DNA from: a virus
Lineage: Duplodnaviria; Caudoviricetes
DNA: 36,363 nucleotides
IMG/VR virus record: IMGVR_UViG_3300016484_000347
Span: 1 to 36,363 of that record
Reading direction: 5' to 3' (one strand)
The position numbers and the translations under genes were made by a program. The notes under the pieces are model-generated. The model saw nothing but the letters and a program-made list of their open reading frames with translations, was not told the DNA's origin and ran no database searches. This document shows positions 1 through 7,117 of this stretch, one piece after another. The first letter of the stretch is position 1. Every line of letters begins with the position of its first letter.

Positions 1-500
1 TTTACTCCTTGAGAGCGACCTAAACGCATACGTATCTCTGTTATCATGTCGATACTATCATTCTCTGTTAGCTCTTCGATAACCGCCATACTAAGCTCAT
101 AAGAACGAAACTTCTCATAGTCTCCCTTATCCCAGCTCACTCCATAAAAGATAGAGCCGTTTGGTAGTCGTATGGTCGTATCTGATTTATTCCAATACTG
201 TCTTAGCTCTGGGTAATGCTTTAGTATCATAGTCCATATTGTATTTTTCATATCCTTATGGACTCTACGACCTACTAAGATACCAGCCCCAGCGTACATT
301 AAAGCATGGGTAACGGCCAAATGGGCTAGAAGTAAACTTTTTGCTGAGCCTACAGACCCAGATAGTAATATTTCTAACGGGCCTAAATTGTAGTTATATT
401 CTTGTCTGATTAATGAAATTACTTCTATCTGATATGGTACTAGGTATGGGTTAAACTCTCCCAGAGTAGGTACTTGACTGGCTACTTTAACGTCATTCAT
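1..500 (-). CDS. terL: Terminase large subunit, N-terminal ATPase part (runs off position 1 and continues at 36363)
   Basis: Hand translation from ATG at 500: MNDVKVASQVPTLGEFNPYLVPYQ...LLSGSVGSAKS (Walker A) ... MAVIEE (Walker B) ...RLGRSQGV; no stop before position 1; missing from ORF track. Confidence 0.9.
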   Translation of the reverse strand, partial: MNDVKVASQVPTLGEFNPYLVPYQIEVISLIRQEYNYNLGPLEILLSGSVGSAKSLLLAHLAVTHALMYAGAGILVGRRVHKDMKNTIWTMILKHYPELRQYWNKSDTTIRLPNGSIFYGVSWDKGDYEKFRSYELSMAVIEELTENDSIDMITEIRMRLGRSQGV

Positions 501-568
501 TTTTTAACAAAGGTAAAGACTAGGAGAGTGAACACTAATAGAAGTATAGTTAGTTTCTCTATTTGCAT
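497..568 (-). CDS. 23-aa hydrophobic mini-ORF (MQIEKLTILLLVFTLLVFTFVKK) overlapping the terL start
   Basis: AGGAG SD upstream of ATG 568; its TGA overlaps terL ATG (ATGA). Confidence 0.6.
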   Translation of the reverse strand: MQIEKLTILLLVFTLLVFTFVKK

Positions 569-585
569 ACTCTCTCCTAGCTATA

Positions 586-774
586 TTACTTTTCTATGGC
601 AAGATAAGCTTTCTGTATCTCAATTTCTTTTTCTAAATGAAGTAAGTAATCTACCATTTCGGTAATTACTATAAATTTAAATGGCCCATTAACGAGCATA
701 CTTTCAATCTTATTTTTTTCTTTGGTTAACTCAGCTATTCTCTTAAGTCGCACTACTCTAAAATCTACTGGCAT
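586..774 (-). CDS. Hypothetical protein
   Basis: ORF track; TAATG overlap with terS stop. Confidence 0.6.
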   Translation of the reverse strand: MPVDFRVVRLKRIAELTKEKNKIESMLVNGPFKFIVITEMVDYLLHLEKEIEIQKAYLAIEK

Positions 775-1226
775 TACTCGTCCTTAGTTTTGTCTGGTAA
801 AGAGTAAGCTAATTTAATCAGATTTTTAGCGTTATCGTCTACTGTATGCTCTACTTTTTCTCGATATGTCGTAGATACTGCATTTAATAGAAACATAGCG
901 AAGCGACCTTCGTAAGCTCTATTAAGACCTCCTTGTATCAAGATATGCTCCTGTATCTGCTTACAAATAATATATGCCTGTAAAAACTCTTCGTGATTGG
1001 CCTTCCAGTTATCTAAAGTCTTAGCACAAACTTTAAGCTCAAAGGCTGCGAAACCTTCAAACGTGGGAAACTCTAGATACTCTTTTTCTCTCTTAAATTT
1101 GTTAGATTGCTCATATATCTTTCTAGCGTCGGAGAAGTATTTTATCATCCTATCCGCATACTCTGGTAGGTACTTGGTGGGTCTACCCATTACAGCTTTA
1201 TTTTTTTTACTAACCATTTTCGTCAT
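774..1226 (-). CDS. terS: Terminase small subunit
   Basis: N-terminal GRPTKY motif, PTFEGFA...KTLDNW HTH-like segment, position upstream of terL. Confidence 0.8.
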   Translation of the reverse strand: MTKMVSKKNKAVMGRPTKYLPEYADRMIKYFSDARKIYEQSNKFKREKEYLEFPTFEGFAAFELKVCAKTLDNWKANHEEFLQAYIICKQIQEHILIQGGLNRAYEGRFAMFLLNAVSTTYREKVEHTVDDNAKNLIKLAYSLPDKTKDE

Positions 1227-1368
1227 TTAGTAACTCTCCCAAACAATGTAAAACCATAACTAAATATAAAGCGTAAGAGTCAAATTTAGTCGGTAACATG
1301 ACCCCTTTATAGATTGCTAGTATCGAAGTTATGCCAGTCCATATACCCAGTATAGCTAGTATTTTCAT
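1210..1368 (-). CDS. Small two-TM membrane protein (likely start ATG 1368, MKILAILG)
   Basis: Two hydrophobic stretches; ATGA overlap with upstream gene stop. Confidence 0.55.
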   Translation of the reverse strand: MKILAILGIWTGITSILAIYKGVMLPTKFDSYALYLVMVLHCLGELLNDENG

Positions 1369-1553
1369 GCTTCCCTTACGAAGCCCACAGTAAAGACTTT
1401 CATACCAGCCAAATAGCAATTCATTAGCCTATTAATTAGGTCTTGGTCTTCTGGGTTAATTTCTAGTTTAATTGTAACTGAGCCGTCTACTCTGGTAGAG
1501 ATACCTGATAATACCGCTTGGCAAGCTCCAAGCTCTAGGACTTCTTCTTTCAT
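1365..1553 (-). CDS. Hypothetical protein, first gene of packaging operon
   Basis: ORF track; ISTRVDGSVTIKLE beta-rich pattern; directly downstream of promoter. Confidence 0.6.
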   Translation of the reverse strand: MKEEVLELGACQAVLSGISTRVDGSVTIKLEINPEDQDLINRLMNCYLAGMKVFTVGFVREA

Positions 1554-1598
1554 ACTTACAGCCTTCGCTTTAGTTTGTAAGCCTTCGCTTACTTCTCT

Positions 1599-1628
1599 AG
1601 AGTAGTAATAGCTGTAACGCTATGTCAA
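1599..1628 (-). promoter_or_regulatory. Sigma70-like promoter for packaging/late operon
   Basis: TTGACA (1628-1623) - 18 bp - TACTCT (1604-1599). Confidence 0.6.
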
Positions 1629-1633
1629 ACTTC

Positions 1634-1663
1634 TAGACTTAGTATTTCTTATACCAATAGACT
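1634..1663 (+). promoter_or_regulatory. Divergent promoter, probably giving a leaderless mRNA
   Basis: TAGACT - 18 bp - TAGACT, then 6 nt to ATG 1670; no SD. Confidence 0.45.
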
Positions 1664-1669
1664 AATAGT

Positions 1670-1924
1670 ATGAGTAGGCTCTGTATAGCTCTTTTACTAT
1701 TCCTATTACCTACCGAAGCAAGTACCCAAGATTTGCTATTAAACTACATGATAAAAAACTGGAATGAAGCGGAGCGTATAGAAACTAACGAGCCAGTAGA
1801 AAGAGAAGAGTTTGAGGTATACGAAGAGAGCGAAGCTTATAGCTGGGAGCTTGGAACTCCAGATAATATTCCAGAGCTAATTATAATCTACCAAGACTCC
1901 CAGTATAATAATTGCGATTTATAG
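1670..1924 (+). CDS. Exported acidic small protein
   Basis: Signal-peptide-like N-terminus (MSRLCIALLLFLLPTEAS), Glu-rich mature part. Confidence 0.6.
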   Translation: MSRLCIALLLFLLPTEASTQDLLLNYMIKNWNEAERIETNEPVEREEFEVYEESEAYSWELGTPDNIPELIIIYQDSQYNNCDL

Positions 1925-2104
1925 TTTACCAATGTCTACGACTTGTCCTTTTTGTACCTCGAGGTAAATTTGGGCCAATAGCTTTTCAGGTTCAAGACAT
2001 TGGAGAGTACCAAATTCATTTTCAAAATATAATTCTCTCTTTCTGTTAAAACCTAATAAAAAATTTTTGTTATTTACAGCGTCGTAAAATAAAAACCATT
2101 TCAT
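1919..2104 (-). CDS. Hypothetical protein
   Basis: ORF track; ATGA overlap with upstream gene. Confidence 0.6.
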   Translation of the reverse strand: MKWFLFYDAVNNKNFLLGFNRKRELYFENEFGTLQCLEPEKLLAQIYLEVQKGQVVDIGKL

Positions 2105-2283
2105 ACTTTTTCCTTTTTTATTTTTTTATATTGGTTTCTTTTAGTTTCTTCTAATGCTTCGATACAAATATCTACCCAAGCCTGTAAACCTCCAAATACT
2201 TCTTTAATCTCCTCCAGCTTGGCTGGCTCAAGTCTTATCGAAACTATCTTGGTAGGCTCAGTCCATTTTCTTTTAGCTGGCAT
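2101..2283 (-). CDS. Putative ribbon-helix-helix DNA-binding protein
   Basis: Likely start ATG 2283 after GAGGGG; TKIVSIRL beta strand followed by two helices. Confidence 0.5.
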   Translation of the reverse strand: MPAKRKWTEPTKIVSIRLEPAKLEEIKEVFGGLQAWVDICIEALEETKRNQYKKIKKEKV

Positions 2284-2284
2284 A

Positions 2285-2590
2285 TTATTTCCCCTCAAAA
2301 TACTCTTTATACTCTTCTTTAAAGTCTTTTAACTGCTCGTCTGTATATTCGTAGTTATCATTATAAAAAAACTCTAATAGACCAGTAGCTATAATGTCTT
2401 TAGCATAATAAGGTACTGCGTAATAATACTTATAAACGTCATGCTCATAAATAACTACCTCGTTAAACTCAGCGACTTGGGAAAGTAGTTTGTCTTTTTT
2501 ATAGTTAGACTCTCCTTGTCTAACCTTTACTAAAAAATAATCTGATAATTCCTTTTTCATGTTAACTCCATTTATACTTTTAACCTTCAT
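2285..2590 (-). CDS. Hypothetical protein (Tyr/Glu-rich)
   Basis: ORF track; GGAG SD. Confidence 0.65.
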   Translation of the reverse strand: MKVKSINGVNMKKELSDYFLVKVRQGESNYKKDKLLSQVAEFNEVVIYEHDVYKYYYAVPYYAKDIIATGLLEFFYNDNYEYTDEQLKDFKEEYKEYFEGK

Positions 2591-2608
2591 ACCATGCTCC
2601 TTTTTTAA

Positions 2609-3343
2609 TTATGCAAAACACTCGTCAAGGTACTTATTAACTTTAACTTTATTTACTTGTTTTACTCTGATAGTTTTACCAAGCTCTCTTTCTAGAGCTA
2701 CCATTTTTTTAAATAGCTCTGGTCTCATTTTAGCCGCCATTCTATGCTCCTCTACTCTACCAAAGACACAAAAAACGCATGAGAGTCTAGAGAAGCCTTG
2801 GCTGTAGATTTGGTGCGGAGCTTGACCAGCCAGTTTAATTTCAGACCAAACTTCTGGTATGCGATAGTTAAAAATTGGATACCATTCCATTACTGATACT
2901 TTTCTAGTAGAGAGCTTAGACTTCTTGTATGGGTCTTTTTTTGCTCTAGCTCTAGACTCTTCAGCTCTGATACCGATACAGTTAATAGCTTTAGTATAAC
3001 CTTTTTCGCTCATATAACTTTTTATAAATTTACCAATAGGTTTCGTCTTAAGCTCAGAAGTACAAAATCTAGCTTGTCCAGAAGGTAGTCTTTTATATTT
3101 TCTGCATAGGTCGAAGAAAGACTCCTCTGGTTTAATTACTACAAGTTTGTAGCCAAAAGAGTTTTTAGTGATGAAAGACTCCATACTTTCCCACTCCATT
3201 TCGCCTAAGTCTGAGTGAACGATAACGATTTCACCTTTGAAATTTTGTCTATGTAAGTAAGCTAACATGGCTTGCGAGTCTTTACCGCCTGAGTGATTTA
3301 CAAAGATAACTTCGGCTTCAGTAATTTCATTTGGGAAAATCAT
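2609..3343 (-). CDS. PP-loop ATPase of PAPS-reductase/DndC-like family
   Basis: NHSGGKDS PP-loop, RFCTSELK, GIRAEESRAR, WYPI, RLSCVFC; GAGG SD. Confidence 0.85.
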   Translation of the reverse strand: MIFPNEITEAEVIFVNHSGGKDSQAMLAYLHRQNFKGEIVIVHSDLGEMEWESMESFITKNSFGYKLVVIKPEESFFDLCRKYKRLPSGQARFCTSELKTKPIGKFIKSYMSEKGYTKAINCIGIRAEESRARAKKDPYKKSKLSTRKVSVMEWYPIFNYRIPEVWSEIKLAGQAPHQIYSQGFSRLSCVFCVFGRVEEHRMAAKMRPELFKKMVALERELGKTIRVKQVNKVKVNKYLDECFA

Positions 3344-3374
3344 TTGCTACCTCTCTGTTATGTTGTATGAAAAG

Positions 3375-3404
3375 AGTATAGCATGAAGCGTAATACGCTT
3401 GGAA
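3375..3404 (-). promoter_or_regulatory. Promoter with palindromic operator in spacer
   Basis: TTCCAA - 18 bp - TG-c-TATACT extended -10; perfect inverted repeat AAGCGTA-A-TACGCTT at 3386-3400. Confidence 0.65.
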
Positions 3405-3543
3405 ATTATATTTCTATTTGCTTATTGTATTAATTACTTAGAAGGTTTTTTTAGGGTCTAAGTTATTGATCTTTGACTTTATTCTTATCATGTAAGAATT
3501 TGGTCATGGTTTAACTTACGACTGGTATCAGTACTGGGAGTAC

Positions 3544-3798
3544 TTATTTCTCTACTGATTTAAACTCTAACTTAGCTATCTCGTCTTTAAAGCCTTGGTA
3601 GACTCTCCAGTTATCTCTTATGCCATGGTGAAAACGCTGTTTTGAAAGGTAAATTTCTCCCTTGGTAAAGCGTTTTAACTGCCACTCTCTAGCAAGTTCA
3701 GCTCTCCAGCCAGAGATTTCTCGCTGTATGTTTTCAAGTCTTACAGTCTCTTCAAAAGAAGGATAGTACCCAGTATGGATAAAAATAATCTGGGCCAT
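3544..3798 (-). CDS. Hypothetical protein
   Basis: ORF track; TAATG overlap. Confidence 0.6.
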   Translation of the reverse strand: MAQIIFIHTGYYPSFEETVRLENIQREISGWRAELAREWQLKRFTKGEIYLSKQRFHHGIRDNWRVYQGFKDEIAKLEFKSVEK

Positions 3799-4097
3799 TA
3801 GAGCTTAGTCCGCTGGCTAACAATGTCTTCTATGAGGGTAGCGTAACTCTGTACGATTATTTCTTGTACCTCTGGGCTAATGACTTGGTCTAGTCCGACG
3901 AAATGTTTTAACGCATGGCCGATCTCATGATAGAGGTAGTATTTCTGGACTGCTTTTGGAGCTGTTTTGCAAATGTAGATTGTACGAGTATATGTATCCC
4001 ATATACCTTCAGCATTAGTAATGTACTTATCTAGCTCTTTTTTTTCTAAAAGCTTAATAGGTATTTTTCTACCCAGTATCATAACGAATTTTGGCAT
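3798..4097 (-). CDS. Small zinc metallopeptidase-like protein (ImmA/IrrE-like fold)
   Basis: EGIW...TIYI...YLYHEIGHA HExxH motif with downstream Glu. Confidence 0.65.
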   Translation of the reverse strand: MPKFVMILGRKIPIKLLEKKELDKYITNAEGIWDTYTRTIYICKTAPKAVQKYYLYHEIGHALKHFVGLDQVISPEVQEIIVQSYATLIEDIVSQRTKL

Positions 4098-4197
4098 AAC
4101 AGTCCTTTGCTAAAACCAAGTCCACTATTAAAGCTTAACTGGGTCTTTTAAGTTTGACTGTTTAATTTTGTCCGACTGGTTTACTTTACGCTATGGG

Positions 4198-4425
4198 TTA
4201 TGGAATTACGGAAAGATTAAAGTCTGGGTACTTCTGGTAGATAGCTGAGATAGCGTCTATTAAGCTCTTATTTGGCTTTAATGAGGTTTTTAATGCTCGC
4301 TGGTAGGCAATACAAAGGCTCTTTTCTGAAGCCGTTAAATTTAGCCATACGGACTTAGCCTCTAACTCGTAGCAACATTTGGGACATTGTTTTTTTATCT
4401 CGATACATACTTCGCAGCTAATCAT
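4198..4425 (-). CDS. Hypothetical protein with N-terminal Cys4 zinc finger
   Basis: CEVC...CPKC. Confidence 0.55.
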   Translation of the reverse strand: MISCEVCIEIKKQCPKCCYELEAKSVWLNLTASEKSLCIAYQRALKTSLKPNKSLIDAISAIYQKYPDFNLSVIP

Positions 4426-4434
4426 TTTTAAACT

Positions 4435-4491
4435 TTTTTACAGAAATTTATTGGTTATATTTAATATTTTTACAGAAATTTATTGGTTATA
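4435..4491. repeat. 25-bp exact direct repeat x2 (TTTTTACAGAAATTTATTGGTTATA), 32-bp period
   Basis: Copies at 4435-4459 and 4467-4491. Confidence 0.9.
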
Positions 4492-4761
4492 CACAATAGG
4501 GGCATTGGCTACTAGCATAATACCTTCTTCATAATCTTTGACCATGGCCTGAAAGATTTTTATGCGAGGTAAGTCTAAGCATAACGAAAGAGCGTTAATC
4601 TTAGCTGGAGGTAAAGAGCATTTACCAAGCTCAATATTACTAACAAACTGACTCGTCTTTGGGTTATATCCTAGAGCTGCGGTAACTTCATACTGGGAAA
4701 GTCCTAGCTCTACTCTTCTATCTCGAATTAATTTTGCTAACTCTACAGCTTTAGCTCTCAT
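4480..4761 (-). CDS. XRE-family HTH transcriptional regulator
   Basis: IRDRRVELGLSQYEVTAALG...SQFVSNIELGK pattern. Confidence 0.85.
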   Translation of the reverse strand: MRAKAVELAKLIRDRRVELGLSQYEVTAALGYNPKTSQFVSNIELGKCSLPPAKINALSLCLDLPRIKIFQAMVKDYEEGIMLVANAPIVYNQ

Positions 4762-4768
4762 GGTTTCC

Positions 4769-5572
4769 TCACTTGTCTAGTTTGTTACGCTCTTTATACA
4801 TTTCTTTAAACTTCTCAAACTGTATTGGCAAGTCGTTTACGAAAGAGCGTAATTCTTTGTTATAGTTTAGAGAAAAAAGTTTATGTTTTAGTTCTTGGCT
4901 TCTGTGTTTTTCTACTCTAAGAGAGGAAAAGTAATTAGTACCTATCTCAAAACGCTGAAGCACGTAAGCAAATTCTACCAAGTTAGCTATCGACTTAGAG
5001 CCTCTAACGTCGTTTAGGTTTATGAGTCTGCCCATTGTATCAGTAGCCTTTGCGTCGGTATGAGCTACTAGTAAAGTCGCCATATTGTACTCTACTGTTA
5101 GTTTTTTTATCAGCATTACAAACGCAGCTTGCTCTTTGGCGGTCTTGTCATTGTAGAGCTGGCTGGTGGTGATATTATCAAATATCAGAACGTCTGGCCT
5201 AAACATATCTAGCCATTCTCGAAATAGAAGCTCTGATACTCTCTGGGTCTCTAGCTCAGACATGAGCTGGGTCTTGAGTAGTCTATCATGGCTGGGTAAA
5301 CCATAAGCTACTTGGGATTTATAATCGGCCGTAGACTCCTCACTTAACCAGACCGAAACTTGAGCGTCGTTTTTTGGGTTAAAAATAATATCCCGAAGGA
5401 GAGTCCGTACCATAGTACTTTTACCGCCTCCAGTAGTCCCCAAAAGAAGGTGCATAGATTTTCTTCTAAGTCCGTTATGAGCATTAAGGAAATTTAGACC
5501 AGAGTAAAAATGCGTTTCAGTTAACGAGTCTTCGTACTGCTTACGCTCTTCTTCTGAGAAGTATAAAGTCAT
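4769..5572 (-). CDS. DnaB/T7 gp4-like replicative helicase (RecA-fold domain only)
   Basis: Walker A GTTGGGKS, VLIFDN, LVAHT, DVRGSKSIANL, VEKHR; follows initiator. Confidence 0.8.
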   Translation of the reverse strand: MTLYFSEEERKQYEDSLTETHFYSGLNFLNAHNGLRRKSMHLLLGTTGGGKSTMVRTLLRDIIFNPKNDAQVSVWLSEESTADYKSQVAYGLPSHDRLLKTQLMSELETQRVSELLFREWLDMFRPDVLIFDNITTSQLYNDKTAKEQAAFVMLIKKLTVEYNMATLLVAHTDAKATDTMGRLINLNDVRGSKSIANLVEFAYVLQRFEIGTNYFSSLRVEKHRSQELKHKLFSLNYNKELRSFVNDLPIQFEKFKEMYKERNKLDK

Positions 5573-6393
5573 GCTCTCTCCGCTTGTAGTGCTTCTTTGG
5601 CCCAGTCGTACATGGTACTTTCGCCTAACTTGTTAGCGGTTTCAAGCTCCTCTATAAAAATTTCAGTAGCGGACTTTTTATGGTTAGTAGCTTGGTCTAG
5701 GTACTGGCCAAACTTTTGAGAGAAAAGCGTACTTGGTCGGTTAAACTTGCTCCAAAAGTCGTCTTTGCTCCAGACCTTCGCTGCATAATCAATTACTTTT
5801 TGCATTTCTTCTACCGAGTAACCTTCTCGAAGTCTAGCTAAAATTTCTTTGTAGTTTGAGTCTACGTCCTTTAGGTTTTTGTTGTTCGCAGCGTTAAAAT
5901 GTCCCAGTACTTTTCGAGCGTTTTCAAAATCAGAGCTTCTAGGAGAAGGTTTTTTGTGCTCAGTATCAGAAATAACTATCTCAGTTTTTTCTTCTTCTTT
6001 TATTTCTTTTATTTTTATTTTATTTTCTTTTATTTTATTAGAGGTATTTGGTGAAATTTTGGTTTCATACTTGCCTAAATATTTCGGGAAGTTAGGAATA
6101 AGTATCTCTACTTTTTCAGGAGTCAGGACATACTGGAGAAGTAGTGACGACTGCATGGCGAGTAAGTGGTGACCCAGTCGTGAGTTAGTCACCATTAACT
6201 CCGCACAGATTGTCCGACGATGAAAAACAAACTTTTCAGGCATCTTTTCAGCTGATAACTGACCGCATAATTCTAGTAATCTGAAGTAATGAAAGTATGC
6301 TTCTTTGCCATAATTAGCTATGAGCGTTACTATTTTATCGTCGTTACCAGCAAAGAAAGAATGTCTAAAATAATTCTTTTTCCCATTTGCCAT
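5569..6393 (-). CDS. Phage replication initiator protein
   Basis: N-terminal YFRHS...DDKI...YFRLLE domain, low-complexity IKENKIKIKE linker, C-terminal LARLREGYS...RPSTLF domain typical of phage initiators; GGGAGG SD. Confidence 0.8.
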   Translation of the reverse strand: MANGKKNYFRHSFFAGNDDKIVTLIANYGKEAYFHYFRLLELCGQLSAEKMPEKFVFHRRTICAELMVTNSRLGHHLLAMQSSLLLQYVLTPEKVEILIPNFPKYLGKYETKISPNTSNKIKENKIKIKEIKEEEKTEIVISDTEHKKPSPRSSDFENARKVLGHFNAANNKNLKDVDSNYKEILARLREGYSVEEMQKVIDYAAKVWSKDDFWSKFNRPSTLFSQKFGQYLDQATNHKKSATEIFIEELETANKLGESTMYDWAKEALQAERA

Positions 6394-6407
6394 ACTTGCC
6401 TCCCAGC

Positions 6408-6463
6408 AAAAAAGACCCCTACCCAGAATTACCTTTTAGGTAATGTCGCTATCTAAGTAGGGG
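6408..6463 (-). terminator. Intrinsic terminator/attenuator in leader of replication operon
   Basis: CCCCUACUUAGA pairs with UCUGGGUAGGGG, inner AUUACCU/AGGUAAU hairpin, followed by UCUUUUUU just before the initiator SD. Confidence 0.7.
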
Positions 6464-6555
6464 AATGAAAATAGCCAAATAAATTGGCCAATATGTAAAT
6501 TTTACAGCGAAGCGACTCGCTTAAGTTTTGGTTTAGGTTAAGTTATGTTTGGCTA

Positions 6556-6619
6556 AAGTTATTGGAAACGATAAAAAATTTACAATTTCTTACATGGCTT
6601 TCTCTATTGGTAGTACAAT
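6556..6619. promoter_or_regulatory. Back-to-back divergent promoters
   Basis: Minus: TTGTAA (6585-6580) - 18 - TAACTT (6561-6556). Plus: TTACAT (6590-6595) - 18 - TACAAT (6614-6619). Short TAGTACAA direct repeat at 6611 and 6620. Confidence 0.45.
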
Positions 6620-6641
6620 TAGTACAACCAAGGAAACATTT

Positions 6642-6830
6642 ATGAAGCTTGTAACTTTTACGTTACTCATCTTATTTGTCTCATGCGGACAAGGTAAACG
6701 CTGTTACTCCAAAGAAGAAGCTATGTTGGCCTGTCAAGCGGAGGAAATGAGTAACAAACAAGTAACTAACGACGTAGCTATATTACTCTGTAAACCATAT
6801 TACTCTGTAGATAAATGCTATTCACTTTAG
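6642..6830 (+). CDS. Small Cys-rich lipoprotein (likely start ATG 6642)
   Basis: MKLVTFTLLILFVSC lipobox-like signal, four further Cys; AAGGA SD. Confidence 0.65.
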   Translation: MKLVTFTLLILFVSCGQGKRCYSKEEAMLACQAEEMSNKQVTNDVAILLCKPYYSVDKCYSL

Positions 6831-6838
6831 GAGGTAGA

Positions 6839-7117
6839 ATGAACGAAGTAATTAAAGACTGGCTCTTCTGTTTACGTGAAAACAATTTCGAGAAGTTTGA
6901 GCATTACAAAAATTTTTTAGAGTTTATTGAAGTTGGTTATGAAATTTCTAAAACTGTTATAGATGACCAGCAAGATATAATCAGATACCTAAAAGGAGTT
7001 AACTCTTACCAGTCTGAAAAACTCGATAGCATTATAGATGAGAATGGAAAATTACACGAAGCTAATGAGCGTCTATTGGTAGAGCTATCTAAGGCCCTAG
7101 GTATTTATCATGAGTAA
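6839..7117 (+). CDS. Hypothetical coiled-coil protein
   Basis: AGGAGG SD before ATG 6839. Confidence 0.65.
   Translation: MNEVIKDWLFCLRENNFEKFEHYKNFLEFIEVGYEISKTVIDDQQDIIRYLKGVNSYQSEKLDSIIDENGKLHEANERLLVELSKALGIYHE

Noticed and set aside
2609-3343. Calling the PP-loop gene cysH or dndC outright
   Set aside because: Family motifs are shared by several functions and no partner genes of either pathway are present
3405-3543. Possible tRNA/ncRNA or terminator in this intergenic gap (AGTACT-GGG-AGTACT)
   Set aside because: No cloverleaf; weak stem without a U-tract
4435-4491. Direct repeat as a mini-CRISPR array
   Set aside because: Only two copies with a 7-bp spacer; no cas genes
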